A stretch of 64,000 nucleotides of DNA from an uncultured Nitrososphaerales archaeon (GCA_963713605.1 CAVQMO010000003.1:320001-384000); one strand, 5' to 3'. Shown: positions 1 to 12,609, counted from the stretch's first letter. Numbers and translations: made by a program. Notes: a model not told the origin generated them from the letters alone.

Positions 1-120
1 TCATTCTTGTTTGGGGATTCTAACTATGGTTACAATGGAGGGCTACTCCTTCGATAAGAACTAACTCGACACGGAGCAGGTAGATTGCATATTCTACCAA
101 ATGGCGATCTGTTAAGCTCG

Positions 121-1641
121 CTAACCGCTCATTATAGTCTGTGCTCTAGTTCTTATCCTTGACAAAGAAAGCGCCATGGCAACAGAAGCAAGTGACACTA
201 GCGCGGCTGTGATAAATATCAAACTATAGGCGTGATCTGTTGGGAAATAACCAACAACTCCAGGTGACGTTCCTTTATACGTCTCCTGGAATGCTCCTGA
301 GAGGGCTGGGCCTAATGACATCCCTACAAGGTTGAGAAGCAGAGTCATTCCCAGTGCAATCCCGGTCACTTGCATTGGTACTGAAAGAAGTATTACGTTA
401 AAGCCTCCGCTAATGGAAAGAGCTAAACCAGCTGCGAGTATTGTGAGTCCAATTGATACCATATCCTCGGTGGAGTGAAAGATTAGCAGCACAAAGAACC
501 CGATCGTGCTTATCGCAGTGCCAACTAGCATTAGCTTTGTATTCTTGACTCTATTTAAGATAAAGCCTGATGTTATTGTCCCAATTAGTAATACAATCAT
601 AAAGGGTAGCTGGACAGTTGCAACTTCGATTGCATTGCCTCCGAACCCAAATGGCTCAGGGCTTCTTACCATAACAGGAACCGTCAAGTAGACCATGAAA
701 ATAGACATAAATACTAACATGAGAATGATTGTCGGAAGGATGAAAGTTTTGCTGGTCATTATCTTGAAATCAAGAAGAGGCGAATGCACCCTTTTTTCGA
801 TAGCTATGAATGTTGCAAGTGATACTGCTGATGCGGAAAAGAGTCCGGCAACTTGATATACTCTAGCAGTACTATCACTATCTTCCAGGAAGGATATACC
901 TACTAGAAATGCAATAATCGTAGCCGCGAGGGCCAATGTTCCTTTTATGTCAATTGTTCGATCATTTGATGCGTTACCACTACGGGCCTCTATTCCCTGC
1001 TCTGTGGATGCCGGACTTTTAATTCGTACATACTTTACGATTATCAGCCAGAGTGCTATTGTGACAGGAAGTATAGCTAGGAATGTCGCCTGCCAACCAA
1101 AGTTTTGGATTATGGCTGCGCCACCAACCAGACCGACTACCGCACCTCCAGAAAAAGTCGAGCTAAATATTGTCTGACCTATCGCAAGCTTTCTCTCCGG
1201 AAGGACCTCTCTAATGATACCAAAAGCAATAGGAAACATTGCCATCCCAACTCCTTGTGCCACCCTAGCTGCGACCATAAATTCAATGTTGGTGGCAAAT
1301 CTGCCTGCCATAATACCTGCAGCGTAGACTGCCATTATAATGAGTAATATCTTTTTCTTGCCATAAATGTCACCCAGTTTGCCGCCAATTGGTGTCATTA
1401 CTGCTGCTGAAATTAGATAAGCGGACAGCAACCAAGATGATGTACTGTATGAGATTTTGAACTCTCGAATGAAATCCGGAATGGCAGGCAAAATCATTGT
1501 TTCATCAAACATAACAATCAGTCCCAAGCAGCTCAAGATGACAAGGATGCTCCATCCTGAGCTATGTGTATCATTTACTAATTTGGCCATCTTTTTTATC
1601 ACCTTTGTCTGCTCGGATTCCTCATCTGAATAGTTCTGCAT
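121..1641 (-). CDS. MFS transporter, DHA2 (EmrB/QacA-like) family
   Basis: 506 aa, many hydrophobic segments, MFS motif A (GKLGDIYGKK), ARVAQGVG motif. Confidence 0.92.
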   Translation of the reverse strand: MQNYSDEESEQTKVIKKMAKLVNDTHSSGWSILVILSCLGLIVMFDETMILPAIPDFIREFKISYSTSSWLLSAYLISAAVMTPIGGKLGDIYGKKKILLIIMAVYAAGIMAGRFATNIEFMVAARVAQGVGMAMFPIAFGIIREVLPERKLAIGQTIFSSTFSGGAVVGLVGGAAIIQNFGWQATFLAILPVTIALWLIIVKYVRIKSPASTEQGIEARSGNASNDRTIDIKGTLALAATIIAFLVGISFLEDSDSTARVYQVAGLFSASAVSLATFIAIEKRVHSPLLDFKIMTSKTFILPTIILMLVFMSIFMVYLTVPVMVRSPEPFGFGGNAIEVATVQLPFMIVLLIGTITSGFILNRVKNTKLMLVGTAISTIGFFVLLIFHSTEDMVSIGLTILAAGLALSISGGFNVILLSVPMQVTGIALGMTLLLNLVGMSLGPALSGAFQETYKGTSPGVVGYFPTDHAYSLIFITAALVSLASVAMALSLSRIRTRAQTIMSG

Positions 1642-1982
1642 AGTTCTAAAACATATTATAAATGCATCAAAGGAGTTACAACCTGTGTCATTGGTGGTAC
1701 TACACTAATTAAACGTGTAGTCACCATGGAGCAGCATCAAGCAGTAAAGTTTAATACAGTTGTTTCCTTTTCGTGTCTCGTTAATTCTACTAATTTTGTA
1801 TTGGCTACCTAATGGCCTGTACATTACATCTTTTTCCACAAGGAATTCTAATTGCCCTAATTCTCTGTCTGATACCAAGTACGACAAAGCGTCATTAGAT
1901 AGTATAGTAGCATATTCCGCATTGTTAGAATATAGTCAGCAGTCGAATTAAAAGTTTAAGGATTATTCCTATGTAACCATCA

Positions 1983-2340
1983 TTATCGCTTTAATGAGGT
2001 GTTGGCCAGACAAGCATGAGCTCCGTTACCAATTTCACTAATCTTTTTCTCCAATTCATCTTGAGGCACGTATCCAACGATCTCTCCTATTTCCTTCTCT
2101 TCACAGAAGAACTTTATTACAGGTATGCCTCGTATACCATATCTCGATGCCAACTCTTGTTGTTCATCAACATTAATTTTGACGAATCTTATCTCAGGGT
2201 ATTTGCTAGCGATCGATTCGAATATTGGCTTCAATCTCATACAATATGGACACCATGGTGCCCAGAAGTCAGACTGCCACTAGGTTCTTATCCGATACCA
2301 AAGTATTCCATTCGGTTTCACGTGTTATATCTAAAGACAT
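1983..2340 (-). CDS. trxA: Thioredoxin (WCPYC), interrupted by a +1 frameshift near 2272
   Basis: ATG at 2340 gives MSLDITRETEWNTLVSDKNLVAV; one extra base (gtc-T-gac) shifts into DFWAPWCPYCMRLKP..., which joins the 85-aa track ORF (KINVDE, GIRGIP). Confidence 0.88.
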
Positions 2341-2479
2341 GTTTCATATTTACCATATAACCTTAGGTGTATTCCCTAGCATTATTTAAGGGATAATTTA
2401 TACTCTCGCCTTGAAAAGCAAGTTACTATTTAAGAGATGGTGCTAATTGAAATTTCTAAACCAGAAGATCGTTGGATTA

Positions 2480-2898
2480 TTATTTCATTTCGACTTTGTT
2501 TTCTTCCATGCCGTAAATGACACTAGAACGTGCTATTAATTCCCCTTCAAATTCGAATTTTTCTATAACATGCCACTTACGTTTTCAGGGGGATTCACAA
2601 ATATATTCCAATAGAGCCATATTTTTCTTTGTTAGATAAGTAACAAGTATGGACCGAAATTGGGGAAATCTTCCCAATTCGATACTAAAGTATCTTTACA
2701 AATCTTGCTTATTTGTTATCATCGACCGATTTTGAGGCAATCTTCTCTGGCAGTACTATCTTGGGTCTAAAGAATTCGATGGGTCTAGAGAATTTGATTT
2801 TTTCTGCATACAAAGAAATGATACGCTTGGTATCATGATCATTCGTTTCAAGGTTTTGTCCATTTATCAATATGTGCTTCGATGAAAGATTTTCCCAT
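2480..2898 (-). pseudogene. Decayed SnoaL/NTF2-like protein
   Basis: Manual translation across frames: MGKSFIEAHIDKW...HDTKRIISLYAEKIKFS...WHVIEKFEFEGELIARSSVIYG; stops and frameshifts present. Confidence 0.5.
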
Positions 2899-3218
2899 TT
2901 CTTCTTGTTATGACTTCCACATGATGGATTCTATTTAGTGATCTAATAGATTGACAGTATCATGTTAGTATATTCATCACCTGTCTTATGTCCACAATAA
3001 ATGACGTACGGAAGCATTACTCAGCGAGTTTATTATACCAACTGCACTTTAGGAATAAATGGCTCACGGTATCTAAATTGGACTAGATTTTTTTAGAGTG
3101 AATTTGCCCAGCGCGGGTGCTGCTACATTCCATGAAAGAGAAGAGAGGAGGCATTAGGATATTGGGCAAAATGTTTGTCCCTGTAAGACAATACTCCATG
3201 ATGTGAGAATATCTGAAA

Positions 3219-3256
3219 GTAGGACGACCGGGGTTGGATCGGAAGGGTCGTCCTAC
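3219..3256. repeat. Perfect 11-bp inverted repeat, copy 1 of GGTCGTCCTAC hairpin family
   Basis: GTAGGACGACC (3219-3229), 16-nt loop, GGTCGTCCTAC (3246-3256). Confidence 0.85.
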
Positions 3257-4038
3257 CTGCATCATGCCTTCAGATAGTGTGTCCTTATATTCGTGAATTT
3301 GGATTAAAGGTGTTCCGGAACTAGGTTAAGGTCTAGACTTCATCCAGAGCAGAACCAAGAAAACACCCAAGATAATGTTTTCCATAGACCTCATGCAATT
3401 GGTGCCAAAAAGCCCTTCTGAAGAGGTATCATCTAAGGATTTTTTCACTAGGACAAAACCATAGTAGGTAATGTGATGGATTAAATGCACGCTGATCGTT
3501 GGTTAGTAGTCGGGGTAAAATATTAGAATACAGTTTTGCCTATCTCATTATCATGTCATTACTCAACTCAATTGATTTATTTACCAGCTTATCCTCTTAG
3601 TTTGGCAGGTGACATTAATTCTGAAATTGATCTCAGGTTTATTTCAAATTTGTCAACTCATAAGTTTCATCTAGATAATCTGCTATCTCGTCAAATGAGA
3701 AGCCAGAATCATTCATCTCTATCAGGGATTCTTTACTAATATCAGCCTGTTTTTCTTGTCGCATCACCGTCATCTTTCCCGTTCCAACCAAGATAGGACA
3801 TTATGCACATCTGCCATTATGCCCATCTGAATACCTCTTCCGAATCTGCGTAAAATGCTTTCCATATGTGTGTAGAATCTGAGAAAAAGACAATTCTTGT
3901 GCCATTTGCTGTTGGTGGCTCATGGACACATTATGACCGATAAACTATTTAGAAGCTATTTATGCTAAATGGTGGAGCTTTGCGACAAAGCAAAGTATCA
4001 ATCCAATGTTTAAATAGTCTTGTCAAATACTTACACAA

Positions 4039-4290
4039 ATGACAGTATCAAATTTAGAACTCTTAAAGAGTTTCACAAAAAATACCGAATGGTTTGATAA
4101 TAACTATCAGAGCTTGCATAAATACGATGGACAGTTCATAGCTGTTTACAGAGAAAATGTTATAGATTCCGACAATGATTATCGAAGTCTTGTAAATAGA
4201 AACAGAAAATTATACGATAAATCAGTATATGTAACCCTGGTGACTAGTCACGGCTCTGTATCTTCCGCAAAAAATAATGTCAAGAACTGA
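4039..4290 (+). CDS. Small DUF5678-like protein
   Basis: 83 aa with pattern WFDNNYQSLHKYDGQFIAVYRENVIDSDNDY; TTTAAATA box at about 4008-4015. Confidence 0.65.
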   Translation: MTVSNLELLKSFTKNTEWFDNNYQSLHKYDGQFIAVYRENVIDSDNDYRSLVNRNRKLYDKSVYVTLVTSHGSVSSAKNNVKN

Positions 4291-4307
4291 TTGACTACTT
4301 TTCAAAC

Positions 4308-4778
4308 TTGGACATTATAGCTAAAAGAGGTTATGGCGGACTATATTATGCCCCCGCTTATCTAAACTCTCCATGCTTGAATGAAATAGCACTTATCAGA
4401 TTTGCGATCGATACTGGGGCAACAATTACATCTATAAGTAGTGTTGATGCAGTTTTGAATGGAATAGATTGTTCAAAGCTTCAACCTCTTTCACCTACAT
4501 TTTCTGCTACAACACCTAACATACATACTTGTTTTATTTCTGACTGCAGGTTAGCCTTTGTTTCTAATGATCAATATGGTTTATCTATGGAAAAATTAAG
4601 TCAGGTCAATGTTTTTTGTGATTCTCAGAATATTACAATTCAAAGTGTTATCGGATTAAATTTCCTTGTCAACTATCAGATCTATTTTAGCGACGACAAA
4701 ATGAGTATGTTCCTTCACAGGAAAAGGAAATCAAATACCAAGGCGCACCGAGCAGTCGAGCAGGAGCGAATACATTAG
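4308..4778 (+). CDS. Retropepsin-like (clan AA) aspartyl protease
   Basis: FAIDTGAT catalytic motif and C-terminal SVIGLNFL (hydrophobic-hydrophobic-Gly) motif. Confidence 0.8.
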   Translation: MDIIAKRGYGGLYYAPAYLNSPCLNEIALIRFAIDTGATITSISSVDAVLNGIDCSKLQPLSPTFSATTPNIHTCFISDCRLAFVSNDQYGLSMEKLSQVNVFCDSQNITIQSVIGLNFLVNYQIYFSDDKMSMFLHRKRKSNTKAHRAVEQERIH

Positions 4779-5550
4779 ACCGATCTATTAATTTCGTTCA
4801 CTCTGAGTGCATAAAATATGTGATAGCTAATCTGCAACCATGGGTTCTACTATTTGCGTAAGATGCGGATCAAATCTCATCCCCCATTCATATTGTGATT
4901 TATGTCACGACGTGTTATGTTTTACATGTTCATCTTGTTCTATGAATACTGGAAAGAAGCTAGAGCGTATTCAAAACCAAGCCAACGAACACGTTAGGGG
5001 GTTCCAACGAAGCTAATCTATTTTGCAATTGTGGTCTTGGAAAATCTTGCCCGCCTTTCGTTCACCGTTTATTACTAGTTCAAGGCTTAGACTTGCTTAA
5101 TCTATCATTTTCCAGGCATGATGCCTTTCGTTATAGTCTAATGGTCCTTCCAATACCTGTCTAATGTTTGTTAGGTCCATTGTCTTAGCAGTTCACACAG
5201 ACGAACTTCATAACATAAGATCGAAAACATAACTTAAATAAGTCCTTAGCTAAAGTCTTTCTTTTGACATATCGAGCTATGCCAGTGCTATTGATCCACT
5301 ATTATTAGTGTGTCTGATACCAGACCTTTTTCTGTAGGATATTACTTATGAAATTCCTCACATGTTTTTATGAAATGGGTTCTCGCAATGCACACCGATC
5401 TGCACAAGGATTTAGTCTTAGGTGTTCTAAATATATGACCTTCGAACATTCAAAAAATGGATTATCGGATTCCGAATACTTTTATGTTTAGATATCCGTG
5501 CTCATCCAAAAAAAATGATTTTTATTATGCAAGTACTCAATCAAATAAGC

Positions 5551-6385
5551 TTGACAGCCTTCTATTCAAAACAAGAATGGAATAGTGTAGCTCTAGAAGT
5601 GGTGGAAGACAATCGAGAGAGGTACCGAAGGAGTTAGCAGACGGTTAGTAGAACTTGCAGTGATTAAACCAGGTTCTAGAGTTCTGGATATTGCAACAGG
5701 TATGGGAGAACCAGCTCTTACTGCTGCAAACCAAGTAGGTAAGAGTGGTCACATACTGGCGACAGATATTTCACCTCAGATGTTATCTTTTGCTAAACAA
5801 AGAGCTATCTCTTTAGGTCTACAAGATGTGATTGAATTTAAAGAAGGTGATGCAGAAACAATTGACCTACCACCTTCAACGTTTGATGCAGCACTTTGCA
5901 GGTTTGGATTGATGTTATTTCAAGACTTTAAGGCAGGTTTATCTAATATTTACGGGTCATTAGTAGAAGGTGGTCATTTTGCGGCTGCTGTTTGGGCTTC
6001 ACCAAAGAAGGTTCCTTTCATTTTGGTACCCATGAACACCATACTGAAAGAAACAAACAGTCCGCCACCTCCGCCGGGAACCCCTGGACCTTTTAGCATG
6101 TCAGACCAAAATAGCCTTAAGAATTCCTATCTAACGTCCGGATTCAAAGATCCTGGTATCGAAAGGATGAATGTGTCTTTTGAGTTTGATTCACCTGATG
6201 ATTATACAACCTTTACAATTGAGCACGGTGGTCCTGTTCTTCAAAAAATGCTGAAAGGTCAGACAGATGAAAGAAGAAAAGAAATATTGAAAGCAATTAG
6301 TAAAGCAGCAGAAAAGTACGCTGACAATACTACAGGAAAGGTCAAATTCGAAAATGAAGCTATACTTATTGTTGGTAGAAAATGA
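5551..6385 (+). CDS. Class I SAM-dependent methyltransferase (UbiE-like); 5' end damaged
   Basis: VLDIATGMG motif I, TDISPQML, GDAETI; the N-terminus (KWWKTIER) upstream of 5660 is out of frame with the TTG at 5551. Confidence 0.85.
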
Positions 6386-7272
6386 ATCAATGACTAATCT
6401 TGTCAAAGCATTAGGCTTTTGAAATCAATAGTAGATAATCCAGAAGCAAGTAGAATAACCGCTTACTTGATTCCTCCCAGTTCATTTATCGAACAAGGCG
6501 ATATTACTTTAAAAGAGAATGTTAGGTAGGATGTATTGGTTTGAGATAAGTTTTGTCGTTACAGTACGAGCGTGGTGAGCGTGGTTTATGTCATTTTTTG
6601 AAAATTTATTTTGCCTGTTATGATCCTACGCATTATGTCAAAGTTATGAATAGGGCTTCAGCAACAGGATACCTCCCTAACATTTAGACAACTTACATAT
6701 AAATAATTGACTAATAACTAAGGATAAATAGATATTGTAATCTAGTAAACGACTTGTGACGAACAACTTACGACGAAAGTTTTCAAAGACCAAGTTAATG
6801 AGAGTTTGTGTAGATTGTCTTCTAATTTATCATTTGCAAATGGGTCTACAGTTTCACCTGACTTTAGTGATTTTAGTGCATGTCAAGCAGCACCTACTGG
6901 ATCTCCCATATCATGAAGACAATCACAGAATGTAATCAGATCATATTGCTAACTAAATATCAATCCCAAAACCTCATAGTGCCGTTAGTGAAATCGAGAA
7001 ATGTTGGATGAGTGACAATTACAATGCATGCAGTTGCACTTAGACAATTTATGACCTACACAGCAATTTAGTGCCAAGTTGCTATCTATAATCGATAACA
7101 CCTAGCGATTAAAAACCTCAGTACGAAGGGGAAATTTATTAATCTTATGGGTTTTTATGTTGCTATATACGAGTTGGAAAGTGGCTTCTCACCTAGTAGA
7201 ACGTAAGTGCATAATTCGCACGATCGAAATTACGAAAAACAAACTTATTAGATATTACTGCAATGGCATTAA

Positions 7273-7653
7273 ATGTCAAAATTTCTGACCCCCGAAGACT
7301 TGCTCAATTCACAAGTGGAAGAATTCAATAAAGGAAACATTAACTTTCTGATGACACTATATGAAAAAGATGCGTGTTTTGCTTCTGAGCCAGGACAAAT
7401 TATCAATGTTCTGAATAATATACGCTTGACTCTGCAACGTTTCATTAACATGGGAGCTAGACTAGAAGCCAAAGTAAAAAGAGTAATTCATGCAAGCGAT
7501 CTTGCACTTCTAATCACAGAATGGTCAATTACTGGCACTGAACCAGCTGATATTACTCCAATTACCCTTACTGGCAGAGGCACAATTGTTCTACGACGAC
7601 AGTCGGATGGGACTTGGTTGATGGTTATTGAAAATCCTTGGGGCACAGAATAA
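7273..7653 (+). CDS. YybH/SnoaL-like (NTF2 fold) protein
   Basis: LYEKDA...VLRRQSDGTWLMVIENPWG signature. Confidence 0.85.
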   Translation: MSKFLTPEDLLNSQVEEFNKGNINFLMTLYEKDACFASEPGQIINVLNNIRLTLQRFINMGARLEAKVKRVIHASDLALLITEWSITGTEPADITPITLTGRGTIVLRRQSDGTWLMVIENPWGTE

Positions 7654-7695
7654 TACATGGTAATCAAGAACGAATCTGACTGATTAAATGACTAT

Positions 7696-8154
7696 TCAGA
7701 AACTCGTATGTACTCCGACTGAAGAATTCTCTTCGGGTGAGTGTTCCAATATCCATATTTTGTGCTGATCCTTATTGCGTGCAAGGTCTTCAGATGTTAA
7801 AGGCTGAGCTGAGGGGTATTTGTCTCCGGTCTTCCAGTCTCTTCAAAGAAGTGTCCCAACTTTTTGGTAGTGATAATGTGAACTAGCATGTCGTGCGTTA
7901 GAAGGCACATGGTTGTAATTACCCGTTTTTGCTTTGATCCACTTGTAGCCTTCGTCACGTCTTGTCTCAATCCCTCTATCTCTCCAGAGATGATGATAAA
8001 ATCCTCGGTATCGGCATGAGAGTGAAGAGGAACAAAGATGCCTGGCGGGCACACAGAAATCGCTTTGTGCATCCTGAGGCGATGTCAGAAATTCCACAGT
8101 TGGTCCGAAAAGTTCGAGGACTTTGCCAGTGCTAGGATTCTTCTCAAGGCTCAT
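7696..8154 (-). pseudogene. Cupin-domain protein, frameshifted with internal deletions
   Basis: LELFGPTVEFLT and PPGIFVPLHSHADTEDF lie in different frames; C-terminal KYGYWN. Confidence 0.75.
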
Positions 8155-8321
8155 GCAATCCTCTCCTTCCTAGATTTCCAAGACATTGTTGTTATGAAAC
8201 CAACCTCTATATCTATTTAGGTGCAGTTTGCAATTGAAATACAAAAAGAAATCTCATTTAGCGTATCTATGGTGGGCAGATTGCTAGGCATTAACATTTA
8301 CGAGTCCAAATAATAACAGGG

Positions 8322-8366
8322 AAAAAAAGTTTAGTCGCATTCACTATTTGTGAATATGCGTGCGAC
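8322..8366 (-). terminator. Hairpin plus T-tract right after the 8367-8645 gene
   Basis: GTCGCA/TGCGAC and ATTCAC/GTGAAT inverted pairs at 8334-8366; A-run at 8322-8328 is a T-run on the minus strand. Confidence 0.5.
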
Positions 8367-8645
8367 TTATGGTGACATCGTCGGTGCGGTATAACCACTT
8401 CCTGCCATATCAGAACCAGTCATATTTCCTTCTGTAGCATTTCCTCCTCCACCTGTCATATTGTCGCCCTGTGCAAAAGCTGGGGTAATCATGGATGTTC
8501 CCACTGCTGATGTAACTAGCATCACTACAGTAGCTGATGTTATTGCGGCTGCCGCTACAAAAAATGTAGCCAGCATTTTTCCGTTTATATTCGACTTCAT
8601 CAACGTAACCAACACTTCGGACTGTATAATAGTTTTACGATTCAT
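8367..8645 (-). CDS. Small secreted Gly/Asn/Met/Thr-rich protein
   Basis: Signal peptide ending PAFAQ followed by NMTG-type repeats. Confidence 0.7.
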   Translation of the reverse strand: MNRKTIIQSEVLVTLMKSNINGKMLATFFVAAAAITSATVVMLVTSAVGTSMITPAFAQGDNMTGGGGNATEGNMTGSDMAGSGYTAPTMSP

Positions 8646-9083
8646 TCTTGTTCGTTGACGTTTTAGTTCATAAGTGTTGATAATTCCCTTATATATAATT
8701 ACTAAAAGAGGGAATTTAGTTTTTATATAAATATTCTTAAACCTGAGCGAATTACTCTATATTGCGAGTATGGCGGTCAGAATTGGCTAGTATATGCAAA
8801 AAGCCACTATTTTGGCCGCCGACAGTTATTCAATTTCAAATTGTTATCATGCATTAATATATTGGTGTGGAATTTTCGTGAATATGGATGGAGGATGGAA
8901 GGAATAATACGGACTATATCATTACTCGAATTACTATCTAGCCACCAGTATTATCCAAAAGACCTTCAGATTCTAACATGTGCGATCATTATCGTCTAGA
9001 TCATGGATATCATTGGTAGTAAGATATAACGAATCATTAATTTTGATCGTCACAAGCATTCATATGCGCTTCAGGAACTTATA

Positions 9084-9192
9084 TTTGATTATTATTGGAG
9101 TACACGAGCTCTTTACGTTAAAATAAGCAATACGTCATTTTGATTATTATTGGATACGCGAGCTCTTTACGTTAAAATAAGCAATACGTCAT
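9084..9192. repeat. Tandem duplication of about 55 bp
   Basis: TTTGATTATTATTGGA...GAGCTCTTTACGTTAAAATAAGCAATACGTCAT occurs twice head-to-tail with about 2 differences. Confidence 0.9.
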
Positions 9193-9784
9193 TCACAATA
9201 GCAAAAAGTTAAATGCAGAAGACAGTAGCTGCTCTGGAACCATGCATCGGATATCTTGTATGTCATTCAAATGAATCAGCTATCCTTCATATATCTAGAA
9301 AAGTGTAATATTTTTGAAATGCAGACAGCAGTAGCTTATTTGTAAAATCAATTATTTTCATGAACAACAAAGTTTTTGAAAATCTGTTAAGAGCTAAAAC
9401 AACTGCGTTCTGATCATTATTATTCCTTGTATGGGCCTGCCTGTTTTCGCAGACAGATCTTTATCATCATCTTTATATTCTATTCGCAAATAACGTTTCA
9501 TCCCATTTAACAAATTATATTTTACTTTTGAATAATTATTTGAATCATTATCTCTTGTCATAATAAAAATTGGGCGACTTGACACCAGAAACTACTAATC
9601 GCTTGATTGAAGAAGGGGAAAAAGGCTGTCTCACAAGACATAACAATGCTATGCATCACTTTTTACGGTATAACTCAAGTAGGAGCGGCAGTAAAATGTC
9701 GTTCCTAGTTTTACCTGTGTGATCTATTGCCATAAGTACCTTAAACCGTATATTCAACATTAGTCTTACGATTCCTACAGATTA

Positions 9785-9834
9785 GATAGGCGACCAACAT
9801 TTGTATCCATTCTTCCACCATGGTCGTCCTACCT
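9785..9834. repeat. GGTCGTCCTAC hairpin family, copy 2
   Basis: GATAGGCGACCA (9785-9796) ... TGGTCGTCCTACCT (9821-9834). Confidence 0.7.
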
Positions 9835-10033
9835 TTCGTAGTATACAAAAAATATTTAAAAGAGGTGTAAATTTATCTATCCTAGTCCATAATAGGACTA
9901 CTCTCACGAATGGTAGAACATAGGTAGGTGACCTATGTTTTCATCTTCACTCCTGGTCTTCTACTCCTCCTCCCTTCTTTTGGAATATGATCAAATCCCC
10001 CTTTGTGTCAAGCATTAGCCACTAAGCTTAAAG

Positions 10034-11441
10034 CTAGGCGCCGACTGTTCTGTCATCCTTTTTTCCTCTAGTCTCCGTAATTACCAAGTCTATATAATGT
10101 CTAACTTCGTTATCATCTAACATTGGAGATTCTACTGCTGTTTCTTTTTCCATAGCATCTGCGTGCTGGTGGATTAGTGTTACAAGCTTTCGCATAATCT
10201 CTGCGTTCTCTTGTGCATTACCTAAAGTATCTAGCAGAGAATACTCCTTAACATATTTTCTGGCTAATTGACGCAATTCTGCATCTTGGGCCACTGACAG
10301 CGCGACAGAGTATATTCCTAAGCTAAAGAGAAAAGAAGCAAGCACAAGAAAGGCACGTTGGATTGCTCCAAAGGGTGGATAAGAATTGTTGGTTATCCAG
10401 TTATTGGTCGTTGGAGAAATTAAAATAGTTGCCACTGCTGCCTATAATCAAATAGTTAATGATCTTAATACGAGAAGAGGTAATTTGCCGTCCAAGTGTT
10501 TTTGCTACTAAAATAAATGCATAAGCTATTACAAAATCAGCTGCAACCCATCCTGCGGTACCTATTACCCTAAAGATAAGGAACTGGGACTCCATATATA
10601 CCATTTCACTTCCAGTTGACTTTAAAAATTGAGGACCAAATACCCCAGTTAAAAAAAGTACAGGTGGTAAAATTATAATTGTCCAAAATGTTGCACTTCC
10701 TATCTGATCCTTAAAATAACGAAGGAAAAATGCAACACCAACTATTTCTGCGATAGCAATGGCAGTAACCTGAGGGACAAGAAACCCATAGAGATGAATG
10801 ATAAGTTCTATACTAGTTAATTGTCTGTGTGCCATAGAATTGCTAGCGGGGTAATTTGGATCTATAGCGGGTGGCCTTGAAACGACTAATTGCTTTATAT
10901 CAAGTGTAATGGCAACTGTCGTGCTGATGCAAAGGAGCATCGATGATACAGCAAATGCCAATATCATGATATAGTGTCGTTTGTTGGTACTCGAATTGAA
11001 CCATGACAAGAATTTGTAAGCGCGAAAACCAAGGAACAAGATGGCTACTGCACTTATTACAAGAAGTAGAATAAGCAGGTAAGTGCTATATTGAGAAAAT
11101 AACACCATTTCAACAATGATAGCTCCAAAGACGACTAAAAGTGCATAAAGAAAAATAGGTGTTGCCTTGTACAGCCTATTAAAAAACGAAGGAGCCTCAA
11201 GCTCTTTGCGCAATGCAACCATATAATGTCTAAGGGCATACAGACCTGCAAAAAATACAGTGATACTCATTGTTATAAATAATACTACACCAAAAGGAGA
11301 AGTAAGAGGCTTTCCCAAAGCGTCAAAAAAGGTGCCAAAGATTACATCGGTAAGTATTATGGCCCAAGCAATAAACGTCATCAAGTAAGTTTTTTTGTTA
11401 ATGATACTTGTAGTAACTAGCCATGACATTTTTGTCGACAC
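10034..11441 (-). CDS. Multi-pass membrane protein of unknown function, split by a +1 frameshift near 10441
   Basis: 346-aa and 133-aa ORFs join if one G is removed (ata-G-gca-gca-gtg); C-terminal SVAQDAELRQ motif. Confidence 0.75.
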
Positions 11442-12609
11442 TTCATTATATACTCTCCTATATACGTTTTCAGCAAATTGCTGAACTGCTTATACTTTTA
11501 AAAACCAGATTTTGACCACACGGTATGCTTTATCATCAGCAATCTAATCCAAGGGTGTGCTTATTTTTTGATTCTTATTCTTGCTGCCTTTGGTCAAATA
11601 ATATCTTGCCAAGGTTCTGTCGCCTTTTCGTCGGATTCTTGTCATCGTCAGGCTGTAACATGTTGTCGGATATTTTTCTCAATGGCGGTGCTGTCATGAC
11701 TCCTCCTACTACTGGTGCGATTTTTCAGTTAGTTGATCCTGCTGGTACGATCATTCAGCCATAACTGCTGATGCCACGGCTATTACAATCGTAGTCATTT
11801 GAACCTATAAAATATTGGCATACATGGCCCAAAAACTTCTCAGAAAGAAATGTCATATTTGTTCTATCTAAAAATTGATTAGAATATTTGATGAGCGTTA
11901 CTAGTTAGAGACTAACAATCTCTCCCTCGTGATATCGTAAACGATATCATATGATCTAAAGCCATGTCATTGATGAAAAACGGTTTTCCCTAGTATGTAA
12001 TAGAAAAAATGGGATTATCTACTAGGCTACTCAAGTCAGTGGCCGGTCAGTCAGGTAATTTGTCTGCTACAAGTTGCCAACTATAACGCTCAGCAGCCCT
12101 CTTATTACTCTTTTCAATGAAGTCTGTGAAATTTACTCTATCCATTACTTTGTTACAATAGATACAAACCCATCTCATTTCATTACTCCGAACCTCCTCT
12201 GGTAGATTCTTCTAATACAATCCAACTATGCCCGTCAATCTCCATCGAATTCCTATACACACCGACTCCGAAGCCTATCGAACCCGTCTAACTGGCTGAC
12301 TGGCTAACCACTGGCTTCATTTTACTTCTACTTCGAGGCTATATGCGAGAGTACAAGAAGGGACAGGTTGCAATTAATCCTAAGTTCATAAAGTTAATCA
12401 CTCCATTGCGTTCAGCGGTTGACTTTAGTATTTCTACTGCCATTAGGAGATCGTCTCACTCCATTTCTTTCTAATTTGCGTCCGTCTGCTCTACAGTTGA
12501 AGTAATTGTATTAGTGATATCAAATAATAATAGAATTGCAGAATAAGAGTCATACCATAAAGTTTCTTTATTTTCTATTATAAAACATCATAAGGTTTTT
12601 ATTGAGACT

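Noticed and set aside
506..1951. Short ORFs antisense to the MFS and at 1705-1951 (and similar shadow ORFs throughout the track)
   Set aside because: They overlap well-supported genes on the opposite strand or have no recognisable motifs
3743..3923. Short minus-strand frame MSHQQQMAQELSFSQIL...GRCA
   Set aside because: Probably a gene remnant, but too short and broken to call
4308..4778. Retroelement
   Set aside because: No reverse transcriptase, integrase, gag-like ORF or LTRs near the protease
9084..9192. Possible CRISPR mini-array
   Set aside because: Two head-to-tail 55-bp copies with no unique spacer and no cas genes; simple tandem duplication
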